Below, piece after piece: positions 60,501 to 64,000 of a DNA stretch of 64,000 bases. The position numbers and the translations under genes are program-made. This DNA is from Pavona decussata (taxonomy: Eukaryota), in the NCBI GenBank assembly GCA_977016875.1, contig CDRNST010000086.1, forward strand, positions 434,001 through 498,000. The letters are read 5' to 3'. Each line of letters opens with the position of its first letter. The stretch's first letter is position 1. The notes below the pieces were generated by a model. That model saw only the letters and a program-made list of their open reading frames with translations, made no database searches and had not been told where the DNA came from.

Positions 60501-63500
60501 TCGGAATTCGCCGCACTTCGTGCAGAACCAATACGCGGGCAATCATTCGTCACCGTACATTGTTCGACCACATGAGTGCTCGAGTGAAGCAAGCAGACAG
60601 TTTGGTGATTCCTTTGGACCCAAGAGAATACCTTCACCAAGATCAGACTTGCTCAGCAGAATCTCGAACGAGCCAGCTAACTCTTTATGTATGACTCGCG
60701 TTGGTGTCCCGTCTCCGGGATCCCCCTTTACAGGAGATCAATCTACGGCTTTGCGATCGAACATTCGGCATAAAGATAGCACGCTTGAAAGCTTTCCTCC
60801 TATGTGGTCTCATTTGGAATCTCCCTATTCCGTACCATCTATCGCCTCTCGAAATTCTCCCCCTAAACCGTACACTTTCTCCGTAAACTTGCCTCAAGCT
60901 TCGCTCCCTACGCGTCATTCTGGATCTCCATCTCTTGGATCACGTTCGAATTCAAGCACGCCAACCTTAGAAGGTTACTCTTTGGCTCCCATCCAAACTA
61001 CAGATCATCAGCGTGTTTCTGTGATTCACTCCGCGAATCTCAACAAAAGTGAGTCGCCGAACAGTATACAGCGTGGAATTCGTGTAGACGAACATGAAAA
61101 TTCCACAACGCATCATTTGCCTCCGGCTTTCCAAGCAGGCGATTCGCGGTACGGATCAAGAACAAACGCGATTTTCAGCGAATCCACGCTGACTGACACT
61201 TCAATGAGGGAACGCCCAACTCGAGGATCTTTCCTAAACGATCGTAGTTCTGGGGATTTGAACAGGAAAACGTCAAGCCCGTTGCTTCGGCATGTTGAAC
61301 TTTCATCCAAACATCCCTTCTCAAAATCACCAAGTTTGAATAGCGACACTCCAAGTCCATTACCTCGTCATAATGAGCTTCATGCAAATCCACCGTCTTC
61401 GAAATCACCTAATTTAAAAGTAACGAAAAACAACGTTTCGAATTTAGCCGTCGCCGGCGGTGTTAGTGACCCTGAAAAGTCTTCAGTGATTGCCGGCAAA
61501 AAAACTCTAGGTTCCAAACATAAGCAAGCGGTTTCCTCTTCACCTGTTTTTCACCCCAGTGAAGAGGAATTCAAAGATCCAGTTGCGTATATTAAGATGA
61601 TACGCCACGAAGCTGAGAAGTTTGGCGTGTGTGTTATTGTCCCTCCTGAGTCGTGGAAGGTTAGTCTTTTATTTTGTTTTTACTTTCCATTTTGGGGTGG
61701 GCTTTACATTTGAAAACAATGTTCAGTCGTTCATGAGTTTACAGTTCAATTTCCGAACACAATCCAATGGCTAGCCTGCGCCACAGACGGAATCGACCGC
61801 CAGTAAATACCGTCTGCGAAGTAGCACCCAAATCCTTGTTAATTTCGAAAGTGACTTCCGGTATTTCGTTTCCTTCGTTGGTGGTATAGAACAAGGATTT
61901 GGGTGCTAATTCGCAAACGGTATATACCGGCACAGGCTATCCTGTGGTCTGACTAAACTAAGAGACACTGAGGATGCATATGTGTCCCGATTTAGACATG
62001 TAACAAATCGTGCTTCTCGGAAACGAGTCATTAACACTCTTCCTTCCCAAAGAAAGCTTGTACTTCAGAATCAGATGTTCCCCAGTCTAACCTCATCAGA
62101 AGAAACAAAAGGCATTCCGTAACAATGCATCCTAGTTAAGTTCGCCCCTTTGCGCTTTGAAGTGATTGGTTTAGAAGATGACAAAATTTTGCCTTGCGCA
62201 AAACTTGAAGCGTATGATCAATAATGTAACGTGTACATCACGTAGTGAGTTCATGTTTTCACCAGTTTTATGTCGCAAGCGCCCTTTTTTTGGAGTTACG
62301 TGCTAATCACTAACAATGTTTACATCTGCAGCCCGAGTTTCAGTTGTCCGACAATGTGAGGTTCAATAGCGAATGCCAGCTGATCCACAGACTTCAGGAC
62401 AGGTGAGATGATGTGACCCTGACCTGATAAGGTCAGTGTAGAGTGTATCGAGTTGAAGGGGCACTGTCACGACGATTTTGCTGTATTTTGGTCAAAACTT
62501 CTCAGATATTTGACGAAAAACGTTTTTGCTGACATGAAATTGCTCTTAGAACACCGGGAAGAAAATATTAAGGGATTTCTCCAAGGAAGAACTAACTATG
62601 ATCAGTTTTTAGCGACTTCTCTAAAATACACAAGAAGAACTAAATTTTTTCAAGTTGCAATCCATTTCCATCCTAGCCATCCGCAGCCAAACATAATTTA
62701 TACTAGTTTCTGTGCACTAGTAGGGTTATTGTTAACAAAACTGAACCATTATTTTAAGAATTCCACCGATTCAAATATGTTTTTGGCCATTCAAAGTGAG
62801 AGTAAAATAGGTGACATTGCCCTTCACTCGCAGCAACTTCGTTTCCAGAGCCCCTTCTCTCCTCGCTCGCTCCCGCGCGAGGACGGAGGGAAGAAAAGAG
62901 AGTCCCTGGGAATAAGATTGCACTCGTTGAACCAAACCATGGCCGTGAGTAAGGTTTTATGGTTAACGTGTGACTGTTCAAATGACAGTGAGTAGTACTT
63001 TTCAGTGGTGCTGTAACTAACCTTTAATTTTTTTTCTCAGTGGAAATTCGGGGTATAATAGCACGTAAATGTCGCAGTGTAACTCTGCAGAACAAGTGGT
63101 TAAGCGGTGCTGAGAGAACGAGGAAGAAATGCAAAGAAGAAGCGCGAAACAGAAGTCAAGAACGGGTGACTTGCGTGACCATACCTGACCACCCGGACAT
63201 TTGCGCATTTTGCGTTTGTTCTCTCAACTCCGCATAAGCACCAATTCTCCCGGACGGGTTGTTCGAAAGCCGATTAACGCTAATCCAAGATTAAAAGTTA
63301 ACCGAGGTTTTCGTCTCGCTCATTAAAAAATGATTTTAAAGGCTCATTTGAAGCTAATCGTAAAGAAAAGTGTAACGTAAAACTAAGGGACAGAAATCTT
63401 TTGGAGGAATCCTTATGGATTAGTAAATATACTCGAATCAAAGTTTACGTTAACCCAGGATTAGCTTAATCGGCCTTTGAACAACTGGGCCCCGTTCATT

Positions 63501-63737
63501 ACGGTGCAGACGTGCGTAAGAAATCCCATAACCATTGATTTTTAATATTTCGGCATGAGAGCGAACGCCATGACGCCCCCAATCTTTGCCATTGCCATGC
63601 CACCTCATCTGCGCCTCCTTCATTCGCTCACTATTTTCGTGAAAATCTTCCTTAGGTGGGGTCCCGTGGAGGAGGAATTGGCATGCATCAAGAAGCATCT
63701 GGATCAGCAGTCCATCTCACTCGTGCCCATGCCTCAG
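45585..63737 (+). CDS. JARID2: JARID2 / Jumonji (PRC2.2 accessory subunit), 3'-incomplete
   Basis: Exons 45585-45629 (MAAERPRRR), 49756-50465 (UIM GLLHKEEVMLRKAMYASLHE), 52029-52091 (AQRKFARTHPPSPS, K116 motif), 54312-54400 (KTEDFLTFLCLR), 55149-55483, 58813-61659 (ends in JmjN PVFHPSEEEFKDPVAYIKMIRHEAEKFGVCVIVPPESWK), 62332-62402, 63656-63737 (RWGPVEEELACIKKHL, ARID start). All in phase. Confidence 0.9.
50597..50730. mobile_element. Palindromic MITE
   Basis: TATGTTGTGGTT...TATCCTTGGTTTAAATTTT / AAAATTTAAACCAAGGATA...AACCACAACATA. Confidence 0.7.
52455..52680. repeat. Degenerate tandem repeat (GGCGAATTTG / CCAAAATTCAGGCGAA units)
   Basis: About 110-bp unit duplicated, with internal 9-10 bp motifs. 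Confidence 0.55.
53132..53808. mobile_element. Harbinger-like non-autonomous DNA transposon
   Basis: TIR (G/T)CTGCC(G)CACACTAGC(T/C)GATTTTTTGT; TTAA on both flanks. Confidence 0.7.
54558..54888. mobile_element. MITE
   Basis: GAAGGGCTGAGAGCATAAC...CCTAAATG / CATTTAGG...GTTATGCTCTCAGTCCTTC. Confidence 0.65.
55667..55909. mobile_element. MITE; inverted sister copy at 63251-63493 and older copy near 14290-14530
   Basis: GTTGTTCAAAGCCTGATTAAGCTAATCC / GGATTAGCGTTAATCGGCTTTCGAACAAC. Confidence 0.75.
59701..60027 (+). repeat. Coding 21-nt minisatellite (heptads such as xRLETSG) in JARID2 exon 6
   Basis: About 15 imperfect CGACTTGAAACTTCCGGTAGT-like units. Confidence 0.8.
61772..61939. mobile_element. 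TAGCCTG...CAGGCTA hairpin element
   Basis: Terminal TAGCCTG / CAGGCTA; internal arms TAGCACCCAAATCCTTGTT / AACAAGGATTTGGGTGCTA. Confidence 0.65.
62455..62826. mobile_element. MITE (accounts for spurious ORF 62453-62995)
   Basis: GAAGGGGCACTGTCAC / GTGACATTGCCCTTC ends. Confidence 0.6.
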
Positions 63738-64000
63738 GTAACGTATCCACTGCTTTGCAGTCAACACCCGCTGAAACAGACCGTTGGTATCACGGTCTGG
63801 CGTTCCTCATTTCACAACAGTCAATATTGCAACGCGGGCACCATTCCCGCCAAAACGTTTGCAGACGATATTTAGGCAAATATAGAATCTTATACTGAAC
63901 CTAGGATTTCTGTTTACGTTTAGTTTCTGCGCTGGTGTGAGACTGTTAGCTTGCGCTTTTTGTGATTAATGTTCAGTCTTCGGTATGCGGTTAAGATTGG

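Overview
AT-rich, intron-rich, repeat-dense animal DNA. The SINE/MITE content resembles cnidarian, probably stony coral, genomes (inference). Splicing exons by hand (GT-AG, phase-checked) gives five genes. (1) The 3' half of a PARP2 paralog (7 exons, 1285-6565, +). (2) A complete 18-exon PARP2 (10762-29687, +, 730 aa) with two N-terminal WWE domains before WGR-HD-ART. (3) A 3-exon, 451-aa 'mini-JARID2' (32954-36655, +) that keeps only the N-terminal UIM and PRC2-binding motif. (4) The mitochondrial Obg GTPase MTG2/GTPBP5 (45370-38859, -, 6 exons, 348 aa). (5) Canonical JARID2 (from 45585, +, running past the window end), head-to-head with MTG2. Three findings stand out. The truncated JARID2 paralog has a degenerate K116 allosteric motif (RKF->HKF) but an intact TEDFLTFLCLR motif, making it a candidate undescribed PRC2 modulator. 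The PARP2 duplicate naturally carries the equivalent of the PARP1 Y986H hyper-branching mutation. PARP2 has a WWE-WWE N-terminus. Two N gaps lie at 7724-7870 and 28326-28454. All gene models are manual and lack transcript support, and human residue numbers are from memory.
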